64,000 bases of DNA from Octopus vulgaris (GCA_951406725.2 OX597817.1:70494001-70558000), one strand, 5' to 3'; positions 12,130 to 26,177 are shown, counted from the first letter of the stretch. The notes: generated from the letters alone by a model not told the origin. Program-made: numbers and translations.

Positions 12130-12936
12130 ATCATCATCATCATCATCATCATCGTTTAACGTCCGTTCTCCATGCTAGCATGGGTTGGAGGGTTCGACCG
12201 GGGATCTGGGAAGCCAGAAGGCTGCACCAGGCTCTAGTCTTATCTGGCAATGTTTCTACAGCTGGATGCTCTTCCTAACACCAACCACTCCGTGAGTGTA
12301 GTGGGTGCTTTTTACGTGCCACCCGCATAGGTGCCAGGCAAGGCTGGAAATGGCCACGGTCGGATTGGTGCATTTTACGTGCCACCAGCACGGAAGTGAG
12401 TCGAGGTGGCACTGGCTTCGGCCACGATTCGGATGGTGCTTTTTACGTGCCACCGGCACGGAAGCCAGTAGAGGCGGCGCTTGCATCGGCCACGATTCGG
12501 ATAGTGCTTTTTATGTACCACCAGTCCAGGGGTCCTGGCATCTGCCAGGTGCCAGTCATAGGATTGGTTCATTTTCGATTCCAACTCCGATTTCGATTTC
12601 ACTTGCCCCAACAGGTCTTCGCAAGCATGGATGCCTGTCGTCGGATGAGGTTCGATATCGACTTTGCTTGCCTCAACAAGTCTTTGTGTGTCCAAGGGAG
12701 GAAAGGCATGCATAAGTGGGCTGGACTCACTTGTCCTGCCTGGTCTTCTCACGTACAGCATATTTCCAAAGGTCTCGGTCGCTGGTCATTTCCTCAGTGA
12801 GACCTAAAGTTTGAAGGTCGTGCTTCACCACCTCATCCCAGGTTTTCCTGGGTCTACCTCTTCCACGGGTTCCCTCAACTGCTAGGGATTGGCACTTTTT
12901 CACACACCTATCTTCATCCATTCTCGCCACATGACC

Positions 12937-12940
<4 letters not shown>
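12130..12940 (-). mobile_element. RTE LINE 3' end: ORF2 C-terminus, 3'UTR with tandem repeats, (GAT)n tail
   Basis: YGHVARMDEDRCVKK...EGTRGRGRPRKTWDEVV..DL.........DRDLW; UTR motif AGGAAGRGCATCCAGCTGTA; (CAT)n on plus strand. Confidence 0.88.
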
Positions 12941-12988
<48 letters not shown>

Positions 12989-13249
12989 ATATATATATAT
13001 ACAATTATATGTACAATATATATGTGTGAGGACATGAAATATAAAAGCCGCACAAGACTACTTCATGCGCAACTCCATTGTCTCCCGAGACAGAAAGGAT
13101 GCCAATACAATACAATACCAATATATGTGTGATATATATATATGTAGCCATCTGGTTTGCCAGTCCTCAGTCAAATTGTCCAACACATGCTAGCATGGAA
13201 AGTGGATATTAAACGATGATGATGATATACAATATACATATATATATAT

Positions 13250-13735
13250 ATCCCATTGATAATGTGTCTTTTTTTTTCAATTGCATGAACTAAAAGTCAG
13301 AGAGGAATGGGATAAACTACCTGTATGAACTTGCTATAAAAGCAGGTGGTAATTTTACCTTGTCCTTATTCTTAGTGCAAGTTTTGAAGAGTGCAGTTCT
13401 ATTTTAACAGTTATTTTTTCAAAGTTATGGAAGTGACAAAGGAGCACATTCTGCATATTTCGCTTTAAGAGCTCAATAAAAGTAATAATGCAACAGAGTG
13501 CAAGGAATATCAATGCAGTATATGGGGATCAGGCAATAAGTGTAAGCCAGTCTCAATGATAGTTCCAGAAATTCCAAGCCAGAAACTACAGCCTAGAAGA
13601 CAAGCCCCATCCTGAAAGATCTGTAGAGCTCAACAAGGACATCCTGCAAACTCTGGTGGAACAAAATCTCATCGTATCTGTTGAAGAACTAGCAGAGAAG
13701 CTTGGATTTAGTCATTCAACCATTCATCGACATCA
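13250..13735 (+). pseudogene. Mariner element 5' part with transposase N-terminal HTH region
   Basis: ATG at 13427: MEVTKEHILH...NNATE-ARNINAVYG...FQKF...NYSLEDKP.P.RS...L..LVEQN...VEELAEKLGFSHSTIHRH; stops and a frameshift. Confidence 0.85.
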
Positions 13736-13857
13736 ACACTAGCAGAAAAGTGAGCATCTTTGGTTTCAAAGATACTAAAAACCTTTGAATAAACTGACAT
13801 CTGTATGTTAATTTCTCCATTTTCTTCCTTTTCTCATTCATAATTATTTCAAATACC

Positions 13858-14105
13858 TATCATCATCATCATTATTCCACCATGGTCGCGACAATGGAAT
13901 TTACCATGCTACGCCAGACTTCACGGTCCATCATGGCATTACGGAGGTCCTGTTGCTGGATGCCTGTATCCCTGGAGATTACATCAGGGTAGGAGAGTGT
14001 GCGCCCTCTGGTATTGCGAGTAGATGGCTTCCAGAGGAGAAAAGTAGGAATTACCTCTTTTTCAGCTCTACAACAATGTCCAGCAAACTGAACTCTCCTG
14101 TATAT
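13858..14105 (-). mobile_element. RTE-like LINE 3' end
   Basis: RRVQFAGHC.R...LLWKP....RGR..YPD.I.RDTG....L..AM.DR..W followed by a (GAT)n tail. Confidence 0.8.
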
Positions 14106-14478
14106 CACTGCAAAACTAATATATTTAGTTTTCACTGGGCACTGATATAAACCAGAGAACTAGGATGCTAGCATCCCTTTAAAGGATTATAGGTCCTTGA
14201 CACAATTACACACGCACACACACACGTATTGCAAATATGCTCAGGATGTGCCCCAGTATGGCCACAGCCTAACAACTGGTTTGTAAAAGAAAGCTTGTTA
14301 TTTTCTCTCTAATCATGTATTTCTCTTTCTTCTTTTCATTTCTTTGTATTGTTCTAAGGGGAGACCTGATGTCTAGCACAGAAACAAAGAGAGCCTCATC
14401 ATTGGAGTCTGGGTAACTAGAATTTTAATTGCCATATATCGAACTTTAAAAAAGTCTTCGATATTTTTACACTTTTAC

Positions 14479-15060
14479 TTATAAGCCAGGTTCTGTCTTT
14501 GCTTGAGTAACCTCGTTTCTCCAGATTGTCACTTGAACATGTCGAAAGAGAATACCAATCGTTATTAGTATGAGTGTAAATTTATAATCAGAGTTGAAAA
14601 GTTGCAGCAGGTTCCAAAGTAGTTGTCCACAGATAATCTTCTTATCTTTGATTTTAGAAGGGATGTTCACATCTGGGTGGTAACTAACCTCTATGACTGT
14701 ACATGACTTTCCTGCATCAAGTAGCTATGTCAGGCCTGTGTGTTTGCACTTGGTAGAAATTTTGATGGGAATGTTACACCAATATTTCTTGTGCTGATAT
14801 GTATCCCATAGCAGAAGCATTGTTTATATTTATCCTAGGGCAGATGGAATTGTATACTGTTTTAGCAACTTCGTGTCGCAGTGGGAGGTTGTATGTCAAT
14901 GACATTTATGAGCAACTGCTGACTGCATGTGTCACATCCTCCACAAAAGAGTGGCATAATCAACACTTGCAGTTGCATCTTAGGGTTTTAAAGGCTTTGC
15001 TTTTTCATTTGTTCTTGAGACATTTTGTAGATTACTCCTATTCTTGAATTGCAAAAGATA
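14479..15060 (-). pseudogene. R4/Dong/NeSL-like non-LTR C-terminus (CCHC knuckle plus restriction-like endonuclease)
   Basis: Minus-strand fragments KC*LCHSFVEDVTHAVSSC, LPLRH-EVAKTVY, W.NIPIK..TKCKH-RPDI, TVIEVS..PDVNI..K..DK. Confidence 0.75.
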
Positions 15061-15114
15061 ACCTTCATGTGATATAGCAGTCACAAACCCAAGAGAGGTA
15101 GTTCATTAATATTA

Positions 15115-15555
15115 GCTTCAAATTTTAGCACAAAACTAGTAATTTCAGGGGCAGAGGGGTAAGTCAATTACATCAACCCCAGTGCTCAACCAGTATTTAT
15201 TTTATCGAACCTGAAAAGGATGAAGGGCAAAGTCAACCTCATCAGAATTTGAACACAAAGACAGACAAAATACTGCTAAGTATTTTACCCATCACTGTAT
15301 CTATTGTGGTAGCTTGCTGCCTTGCATTTCACATTAATACTGGCTTCAAATTTTGGCAAGAGGCCAGCAATTCTGGGGGAGAGGGTAAACTGATTACATC
15401 AACCCCAGTGCTCAACTGGTACTTATTTTATTGACCTCAAAAGGCTGAAAGGCAAAGGCAATCTTGGTAGAATTTGAACTCAGAACATCAAGACAGATAA
15501 AATACTGCAAAGCATTTTGCCTGGCACTATAACTATTCTGCCAGCTCATAGCTTG
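15115..15555 (-). mobile_element. Two tandem SINE family B copies
   Basis: Reverse complement of GAGTTCAAATTC...GACTTTGCCTTTCATCCTTT...ATAAAATAAGTACCAG...CTGGGGTTGATG, twice. Confidence 0.8.
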
Positions 15556-16559
15556 CACCTCATGCTAAATTGCCATCCTTTTCTAATTTACAAGAAAACA
15601 TAACCATGCATAACTATTTTTGTGCTTTGTAAAGCATTTCTCTTCCAGATCTTTGCTAAGATATGTAAGTCTGGTGCTTCTGAGTTCATAAGGAAGAATA
15701 TCAGGAAATGAAGGTTTCCTGTGGAGTTCACAGCCAGTATGTATGTATGTGTTTTAGATGTATTTAGATATGCCCTTCTCAATTACTTTGTTTAATTTTG
15801 AAATTTGAGATATTAACAAAGTCAATATAACAAAGAAAAGTCACAAAAGAATAATCAGTTCATGGTACATATCAACAACTCAGTTTTAGAAAAAGTAAAT
15901 TAAAAAATCTGACATTGTGACTAAACAAAAAGTTTTCGATTCAAGTCACATATTAAGAGGTTTGCTTCCCAACCACATGGTTATAGGTTCAGTCCCAGTG
16001 TGTGGAACTTTCTATAAGTGACTGCTATTTACTATAGCACTGGGCCAGCTAAAGGCTTGTGAGTGGATTTGGTAGATGGATACTGAAAGAAGCCTATTGT
16101 GTGTGTTTGCGTGTGTGTGTGTGTGTCCTTGTCATTACAATGCATGATAGCTGTCAATGAGTATCGTTCATTTTCAATGTTCTGTGAAGACATGTCTAGC
16201 CATGTCTTGTCAGTGACAGGAAGGACATCCAGCTGTAGAAAATCTGCCTCAATAAACTCCATCTAACCCATGAAAGCAAGGAAAAGTGGATGTTAAAACA
16301 ATGATGATGTTGATGATGGCACTTAAGAGCAAGAAAGGTACTGCCATACTTTTCCAAAACTAAAATACGCTTCTGATAACGTCTTTCCATTTTTTTTTAT
16401 ACCCCGAGTCAAAATACCAATTTCAGTTTATTCCTTTTCTTTTTTATTCTTTTCTGATTTCTTAGTTCTTTCAGCTACATCACAGTCATTTACTTCATAT
16501 GATATTAACAAGTGATGTCCACAGTAATAAATATCTCCTAATATACAGCTTGTAGAAAA

Positions 16560-18020
16560 TATTTTAAAACAGAAACAAAGTTCTGCACAGTTGAATTTCT
16601 TCATCACATTCGTTTTCTTGAAAATATATTCCTTCATCACTGAGGACTGTTTCTGAAGATATGTAAAAACTAGGTTTTTAACCAACATTTTATGACTGCC
16701 TCATTTTTTCACTGTCCACCATACTATTTGTTATAATATCAATCACTAAGGCGGCAAGCTGGCAGAAACGTTAGCACGCCAGGTGAAATGCGTAGCTGTA
16801 TTTCGTCTGCCTTTATGTTGTGAGTTCAAATTCCATCGAGGTCGACTTTGCCTTTCATCCTTTAGAGGTCAATAAATTAAGTACCAGTTCACTGGGGTCT
16901 ATGTAATCGACTTAATCCGTTTGTCTGTCCTTGTTTGTCCCCTCTGTGTTTAGCCCCTTGTGGGTAGTAAAGAAATATATAATATCAATCACTAGTTTAA
17001 CATTAATTGTGAGAATTTCCTCAACACTATCCACATAAAAAATAAATTTTCCAACAATGTTTTTACCTTTTTTTCCACTACCTTTTTGTAATGGGTTTTC
17101 AAAATAAAAATTATTTCTAGATCCAACAGCTCTAAAACTGTAATAGTACAATTTCATGAAAGAGACTCAACCTGAATGTTATCTAAATGAAGCTGTTTAC
17201 TAAATGCAGAACAATGTCTACCAACTGTCAAGATTCTCCATTTTACTTCCATTTTCTTGTCTAGTTTAACGAACAAAGTGGCAAATAAATCTCTTGTTCT
17301 GTTGGTATCATATTTAAAACTGGAAGATAATTTACATTTTTCACACATCATAGAGTTTTTAACTTTAGAATAACAAAGAGACATAATTTCTCAGTTTCAG
17401 TCATGTTGCAGCAAACACGAGAGGTTAGGTATTATCTTGACTTCTTTCTTCCTTTTTACTATGATGATATAACTGATAAAAAACAGCAGTTTCATCTATA
17501 TTAAATATGTCTTCTTTTTGTAAGAAGAAATGAGAAATAATTTCCTTTTTATTCCACTTCTTTAATCATTTTGTCAGCACTTTTTCCTTCCCCCTGACTA
17601 CCCACCAGCTACCCACCTCAGATAACACGCTGTTATCCTGCATCAATCACAAAATTGATTCAACTGTCTGATTCTGATTCTGAACTGAAAATTCAAGTAA
17701 CCTCCAAATTTTGCAGTATCTGAAGATTTCTCTTGAAAAGTGGCTTGCTAATTGGAATAAATCTTTTGGTTTATAAACCAAACAAAAACTACTTTGTCAC
17801 TATCTTTAGACATGGCAAGACTTAAGCAGTCGTGTTACAGATTAAAATTTGCCCTTTACAGTTTTTCTTCAATTTTAGGATGATCCTTAATCACAGACAT
17901 CGATGGAGAGGGATGTTAAATCTGTAATGCAGAGTCTTTTTATTCTATCTAAAATCTACCAGAATTTCAAACTGTCCGTGAAAAACAAATAAAATTGCAC
18001 TTTCTTTGCTGTTTTCCAAG
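16560..18020 (-). pseudogene. pogo/Tigger (CENP-B-like, DDE_1) transposase relic
   Basis: YKKEDIFNIDETAVFY (~17480-17522), KGRKKSR..LT..CCNMTETEKLCLFVI, KLDKKM, LDNIQV, LDLEII..LKTHY; interrupted by a SINE. Confidence 0.82.
16749..16977 (+). mobile_element. SINE family B with 17-bp target-site duplication
   Basis: TATAATATCAATCACTA at 16732-16748 and 16978-16994. Confidence 0.92.
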
Positions 18021-18055
18021 ATTTACCACAGTAACAAATAAGTACCCTTTACTTT

Positions 18056-19240
18056 CATCATCATCATTTAACCCTTTATGCATGCCTTTCCTTCATTGGA
18101 CACTAAACTCTGCTTGCGATGACCTGTTGAGGCAAGTGAAATCAAAATCGAAATCAAATTCGATGACTGGCATCCATGCTAGTGGAGCACTAAGAGTACC
18201 ATACGAGCGTGATTGTTGCCAGAGCAATAAGCTGGCCTCCGAGCCGATGGCACATAAAAAACAACATTCGAGCGTGATTGTTACCTGCGTCACCTTACTG
18301 GCACTTGTGCTGGTGGCACATGAAAAAACATTCAAGCGAGGTTGTTGCCAGTGCCGCTGGACTGGCTCCTGTGCAGGTGGCACATAAAAAGCACTATTTG
18401 CGCGTGGCCATTGCCAGTACCACCTGACTGGCCCTTGTGTCAGTGGCACGTAAAAGCACCCACTACACTCTCGAAGTGGTTGGCATTAGGAAGGGCATCC
18501 AACTGTAGAAACTCTAGAAACAGATCAGATTGGAGTTTGGTGCAGCCATCTGGTTCGCCAGTCCTCAGTCAAATCGTCCAACCCAAGCGGACGTTAAATG
18601 ATGATGATGTTCAGGTTATTCTATCAAACATAATACTTATTGATTCACATTGTTTTAAATTAACCGTGCATGACCTCATATCCTTAAAATTTCAATGATA
18701 TGTGACACTTGAGCCCCGTGCTAGTAGGGTGCTAAGAGCACCATCCGAGCATGATCGTTGCCAGAGTGGCCAACTGGCTCCCATGCTGGTGGCACGTAAA
18801 AGGCACCATTCGAGCGTGATCGTTAACAGCATCGCCTTACTGGCACCTGTGTCAGTGGCATGTGTAAAAAGATTCGAGTGAGGTCATTGCCAGTACTGCC
18901 TGACTGGCCCCCATGCCAGTGGCACGTAAAAGCACCCACTACACTCTCAGAGTGGTTGGTGTCAGAAAGGGTATCCAGCTGTAGAAACTCTGCCAGATCA
19001 AGATTGGAGCCTGGTGCAGCCAGCCCTCAGTCAAATCGTCCAACTCATGCTAGCATGGAAAGCAGATGTTAAACGATGATGATGATTTAATGTAGAATAA
19101 CATTGACCAGATATGGCCAGTTTAAATACTAATGGGTCAATCTGGCATGGGTTGGACAGTTTGCCAAGAGCTGGTGGGCAGAGGACTGCACCAAGCTCCA
19201 CTGTCTGCTTTGGCATGGTTTCCATGATTGGATGCCCTTC
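18056..19240. mobile_element. Nested cluster: RTE-tail element, a TTAA MITE inside it, and two RTE 3'UTR copies (~18090-18610, ~18705-19086) inside the MITE
   Basis: TTAACCCTTT at ~18068; MITE pieces at 18610-18700 and 19090-19139 resemble 51373-51593; the two inserts end in (GAT)n. Confidence 0.65.
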
Positions 19241-19684
19241 CCAAATAGAAATTTCCCAAAACAGAAACCAAACAGTGCTATTTACCTTCTATGTATATGC
19301 AAAGGTATCCAAGTTTCAAGAATCAGTTGAACTAGTGAAAACAAATTCGTATAATTTTCTTAATGTTTTAGGGGTTTTGGGGGGAGGTGGGGGGGGGGGG
19401 GTTATAGCTATTCTATATTGTCTGAATGTCTGATTTTATTGATTGTTATTGCAGAAATATCATCTGGTTTACAGAATCAGTGAGTGATAAAATGCAATAG
19501 CAGTGCAGATAGAACATGGAATATCAAAAATAACAAATACAAAAATCTTGAATTGTTGTTTTAGAAATACTATACTTAATTCATTCTGAAATTACAGTTA
19601 AGAACAAATAAATAAAGAGAGAGATGTTTGTAAATCATGCATCCATTTCATTGTTTTTTGGGGTTTTTTTTTAGTTTTTTTGGG

Positions 19685-20060
19685 GTTCTTTTCAATCATT
19701 AGACTGCAGCCATTCTGGGACACTGTCTTAAAGAATTTAAATCAAATGAATCAAACCCAGTACAAGCCTAGTACTTATATATTACTGGTCTCTTTTGCCA
19801 AACTGCTAAGTTATGGGGATGTAAACACACCAACACCAAATGTCATGCAGTGGTAAGGAACAAACACAGACACACACATACACGCACATATGTATACATC
19901 AGGCTTCTTTCAGTTTCCATCTACTAAATCCACTCACAAAGCTTTGATTAGCCCGAGGTTATTGTAGAAGACATTTGCCCAAAGTGCCATGCAGTGGGAC
20001 TGAACTTGGAATCCTGTGGTTGATAAGCAAACTTCTTACCACACAGCCACACCTACACCT
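19685..20060 (-). mobile_element. SINE family A, diverged
   Basis: Reverse complement of the family A sequence. Confidence 0.8.
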
Positions 20061-20389
20061 TTGTTGATATTTGAATAACATATGTATGCTATTTGGAGTA
20101 TTTTGAAACAGCATTTTACTATTACTAAAGTTATGAGCATTTAGAAGGATGACATGTACATGGAGGAATCAAGTCATTTTTTTTTTATTGTTACAAGAAA
20201 TTTTAGCTGCTCAGGGTTCAATTTTCTTTCATTGTACTGATATAGTCATTGTAATGAGAATCATGTGTCCCTATTTCAACAGATTACTGGCCAGGGATTG
20301 AAAACAATTTCCTTGAAAAATATTGATTAGAGTGGTACTCCTTGAGGTGGAAAACACACAGACGCAGATATGCATACATACACAAGCAT

Positions 20390-20438
<49 letters not shown>

Positions 20439-21087
20439 TATTCATATAGGTATGTAGCATCCATAGTAGGTGGCTACAACCACTCATTTTAAGTCGGTTG
20501 CTTACCTATAAGCAGGTCAAGAAATCAGCAACAATTGGATTTGGCTTGGTTTTCATGAAAGTAGATTGGCCTATTAACAAAAAAGAAGAAAAAAAGAAAA
20601 AAGGTCTTTAACAAATATCTATCCTTGCTGCTTTCTATCCACCCTTTCATCTACCCAAATTTCTTTCTTACAGATTGCTGCCTACTTTCCAAGACTTTCC
20701 ATCAATATTTGAAAGCAGTTGGAATGAAGGAATACAAAAAAAACAAAAAATGTCAAATGATTGACAAACACACATCTACACACAAACACAAGGTTTTCAT
20801 CAAAGTTCTTCACCAAAGCAAACCTTTACTTTCAGTTTCTAAATACAAGAACAACCTATTCAAGAATGTAAACCAGGATTCCATCATGCTAGATATCTAG
20901 ACTTTAGGTTTATCTCTATTTTATATTGCTTCATTTAAAAATCAGAAAATGAGATACTGGATGTTAGTCTGGGGTGCTTTACCTGATGAGACACAAAGAT
21001 ATAAAAACACTGGAGTTATCAGAGTCCTCGTAGATTAATGAAGCAAGCATAAGGTGATTAAATAAGCAACAAGGATGTCCAGAGGTA

Positions 21088-21154
21088 ATGCAGTATGATT
21101 GTTTCAAGCAACTCCAATTGATCAATTTAAATGCAGAGCAATCCTCAGCTGCAT
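21088..21154 (-). ncRNA. Type I hammerhead-like motif, slightly decayed
   Basis: Minus: ATGCAG-CTGAGGA-[stem II with GCTC..GAGT and palindrome AATTGATCAATT]-GAAAC-AATC-ATA-CTGCAT; perfect 6-bp stem I; one stem III mismatch consistent with CpG decay. Confidence 0.55.
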
Positions 21155-22379
21155 AAAGACATAGTATTTAATTAAATTAAAACAGATGGACACATTAGTA
21201 TAATTTTGCCTAAAATCTCCAAGAAGGTAAGGAGATAGACAAAGAACAAGCTGCCTTCACTTCAGCTTATAAGCTACTAAGGTATCAGGAAGAAAGACTT
21301 GTTACAGATTTTGCTTGTCACTGTTTTATGGGGTCAGTTTTAATTTATAGACTAGTTTTATCAAATCTTTGTATATCAAAGAACAAGGAACAGTGTCTAT
21401 TAGGAATAGGGCTTAGTGAGCCGAAAGAAATCATAGTGGGTGTAGTCATAAAAAAACTATCAAGATTTATTAGAAGCAATATCATGAGGTTTGATAAAGG
21501 ATATCTTAAATCAAGATGTTAACTGACAATTAAGGGGGCCTGGCCACTAGCAGACCATTGATAATGAAAGAGGGGAAATCTTATCATGTAGTACTATAGT
21601 TAAATATTTTAAACAATATTGCTATATTGTATAAAGTTAAAGTTTAAGGTTATTCAGAAGATTATTAAGAAGAATATTATAACAAAAGAATATGTATTTG
21701 TCTATATATGCAGTAAAAATGTCAATCATACATTTTCAAAAATTAAGGCACATAGTATGATATGAACATGTGTGTGTGTGATAGAGAGTGTCTTTGCATA
21801 CAAATACATTTATGTATATACACAAACATATACACACATTTATTCCGTACAGGTGTTAATGTTTGTATGCGTCCTGTGTAATTTTAAATGTCTGAAAGTA
21901 AAAGAATATGTAGATGAGCAGTAGTTTTAGAGGTTAGTAAACTGTTCCTGTACCAAATTATACTGGTGAAATAGCATACCAAGGTATTAAAGTCATTACT
22001 GTGGTATGTTAGAGATGTATACACACACAACTGTTTTGTTGTTGCAAAGTATGTTTGGTATCTGTCTATTACACAATGTGTGCGTATATATTTACAAACA
22101 CCATGACCATCATCATTTAATGTCCACTTTCAATGCTGGCATGGGTTGGATGGTTTGACAGAGCTGGCTAGCAGGGAACTCTCCAGACTCCAGCTCTCTG
22201 TTGTGGCTTATCAGGTACAGCAAATTGCCACATCTCCCGATCCCTAGTCATTTCCTCAGTGAGGCCCAGTGCTTGAAGATCATTTCTCACCACTTCATCC
22301 TACATCTACCCTTTCCACAGGTACCCTCCACAATTAGACCTCAGCACCTCTTTATGCATTTGTCCTCCATATGTGTGCA

Positions 22380-22419
<40 letters not shown>

Positions 22420-22424
22420 CATAC

Positions 22425-22455
<31 letters not shown>

Positions 22456-22469
22456 TATTTTTTTTATTT

Positions 22470-22768
22470 ATGCGCCCTTTCCCAGCCTAGCCAGGCTCAT
22501 GGGCCCGGTTTCTGTGGCATATGTGTTCCCCCCCAGCTGGACGGGACGCCAGTCCATCGCAGCGTTACTCAGGAAACGGAAGAGAGAGTGAGAGAAAGTT
22601 GGGGCGAAAGAGTACAACAGGGGTCGCCACCCACCCCCCTGCCAGAGCTTCGTGGAGCTTTTAGGTGTTTCCGCACAATAAACACACACACAACACCTGG
22701 TCTGGGAATCGAAACCGCAATCCTCCAACAACAAGTCCACTGCTCTAACCACTGGGCCATTGTGCCTC

Positions 22769-22772
<4 letters not shown>
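22470..22772 (-). mobile_element. SINE family C, full length
   Basis: Reverse complement of GTGGAGGCACAATGGCCCAGTGGTTAG...GGGCCCATGAGCCTGGCTAGGC. Confidence 0.88.
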
Positions 22773-23438
<666 letters not shown>

Positions 23439-24699
23439 GTGTACATTACAGTGGAGTTGCATGGTTTACTGGTTAGGGTGTTGAAATCAGGATCATAAAA
23501 TTGTGGTTTCGATTCCTGGACCAGGTGATGTGATGTGTTTCAGCAAATCAATTCATTTCACATTGCTTCATTTCACTCAGCTGGCAAAAATTAGTAATTC
23601 TGTGATGGACTGGCATCCTATCCAGGTTTAGAATTTATACGCCATGGAAACTGGGAAACTGGCCCTTGTCGTTCAGCATGACTCAATAAGGTAATTTTAT
23701 CATTTGTACATTACGGATATAACATTATGCATGCATGTATATATTGCATGTAAGCCACACATCTAAAACATACATATGTGCATGTGTGTGTGTATGCATA
23801 TGTATATATTCACACATACACATACATGCACACATAAAGGCATATGCATGGTTGTGTTGTTGCTTTCCAACTACATGTTTTGATTTCAGTTCCACTCCAT
23901 GGCAACTTGGACAAGTGTCTTATACTATAGCCCTGGGCAAACCAAAGCATTGTAAATAGATTTGGTAGACAGAAACTGAAAGAAGCCTACCATACACACA
24001 TATATGCATGCATGTAAACATCTATATATGTATATATGTGTGTGTTACTGATTTGTCTTAATATGACATGTTCCTTGTGAATGAGTGCCACAATCTCACA
24101 TGTCTGTTCATAGAAAAATATCTCAATCCTTAGGAATAGATGGGGGTCAGCAACAGAATGGGCATCCAGCCGCAGGAAATCATCCCCAACGAATTCCGTC
24201 TGCATGGAAAAGTGGATGCCAAAACAATGAAGATGGATGATGATAGACACACACATTTGTATGTTTGAATAAATATATGCATGTATTTATATACATATAT
24301 ATATATACCCATGCACTTATATCTATTATCATGTGTATTAATGAGCTTATGCATGTATGTATACTTATTAATGAGCATATATGTATATGCATATATATTT
24401 ATAAATGCATACATACACACGTTTAGTTATACACAATTACACACATACATTTGCAAATATGTATGTATGTAAAGGGATGTGTGTACAATTATGTGTCATA
24501 TCTAGAAATCCAACAAAGCTCCATTGGATCTAAAATAATAATCATTTATCATATCCATTGTCAACAATACCAATATCTTTCTCTCTCTTTACTTCTTAAC
24601 ATCAATTATACAGATATAAAACTTATAGCCTGCTTTTCTTATTTTTCATTACTAAACTTCATATAAGTCAAGCTAAGAAAGGAAACTCTTTTCTAGTTG

Positions 24700-25440
24700 T
24701 CATCATGATCATCATCATTGTTTAATGTCCACTCATTATGCTGGTGTGGGTTGGATGGTTTGACATGGAGCTGGCTAGCAGAGAGCTGTCCAAACTCCAA
24801 CTGACTGTTGTGGTATGGTTTCTACAGCTGGATGCCCTTCCTAGTGCCAACCATGTAACAGAGTGTACTGGGTGCTTTTTACATGTCACCATCACAGGTG
24901 CATTTATGCAGCACCAGAAAGGGTGTGCCAATGTAGCACTGTCACAGGTGCTTTTTAAGTGGCACTGGCACCTCAAAGAACAAGCCTGTATGTGTGGAGA
25001 CAGCGATTTTACTTAGCTTCATGTGTATTATCAAGTACAGCAAATCGTATTTCCTAGTCCCTTGTCATTTCCTCAGTGAGGCCCAGCATCCAAAGATCCT
25101 TTCTCACCACTTCAGCCCACATCCTCCTGGGCTACTCCTTCCACAGTACCTTCCACTAGTAGAGCTCAGCAGTTCTTTATGCAACTGTCCTCATCCATAT
25201 GCATCACATGACCAAACCAGCACACAACATCTGATGCCTCTTACACACCGTTTTCCTCTTAAATTACTTACACTCTGTCATGCATGCACACTGACATTAC
25301 CTATCCAGAAAAAGTATGCTAGCTTCATTTCTTTCAAGCCTTCATGAGCCCTCCGTAGTCAAAGCCCATGTTTCACTGCAATGTAACATAGCTGTATGTA
25401 CATAGACATCATACAATCTGCCTTTCACTCTGAGGGAGAG
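24700..25440 (-). mobile_element. Decayed RTE LINE 3' portion
   Basis: (CAT)n tail, CTACAGCTGGATGCCCTTCCT motif and ORF-end sequence GTCATTTCCTCAGTGAG shared with 12130-12940. Confidence 0.7.
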
Positions 25441-26177
25441 GCTGGAACCAGTTGAGAAACAGGAGCAAATAAGAGGTGTGTGTCTAGGCTAAGGAATGAA
25501 AAATGAATTTTTAATTTTCATAAATTCATAGCTATGCAACTTGCATTACAAGGGAGTGCTGAAACGTTAGTGGCTTTGGGTAAAATCAAATACAGGAGAA
25601 TTGGTTAATTATTCCTCTCAACATATTCCCATCTCAAATTCACACACTTATTGCAGTGGTTTTTCAGTTTTTTCTACATTCTGTAAAAGAACTCAGAAGG
25701 TAGGGCCTCCAACCAGGCCCTTCACGATATCCTTAAAGCCTGGAACTTTTCAGCAATCCCATGAAAATTACTGTATTTGGTCTCAAAGCTTAAAAACTAT
25801 TTTCTTTTCATGGGTGATTTTAGAGCTATCGTCATCGCTGTGATTCCAAATTTTAAGGTAGGTGAGGAAGTTTTCCTATATATCTTCTATACAGTCAATG
25901 AGCTTACTAGAAAAAGCAGCTAATTTTCATTCAAATCACACTCTGCAGATGTAAGAAGGAAAAGAGAAGTATATACTGCTTCTGAATAAGAAAGGAGATG
26001 GATAAAAGGATAGAAGTATATGTAACATAGTCAGACTGTTTAAGACTACACTGCTATACTTTGCCATCATGCAATATTTCAACAAGTGATAATGTTTATG
26101 TAGTAAAAATATTGTTGTACTTTTATAATTGAAACATGCTGAAGTTCTTTAATGCTTAATCTAACCCCAATTTTTTT

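Noticed and set aside
16428-17384. Minus-strand short ORFs as host exons
   Set aside because: They are mixed-frame pieces of the decayed pogo/Tigger transposase
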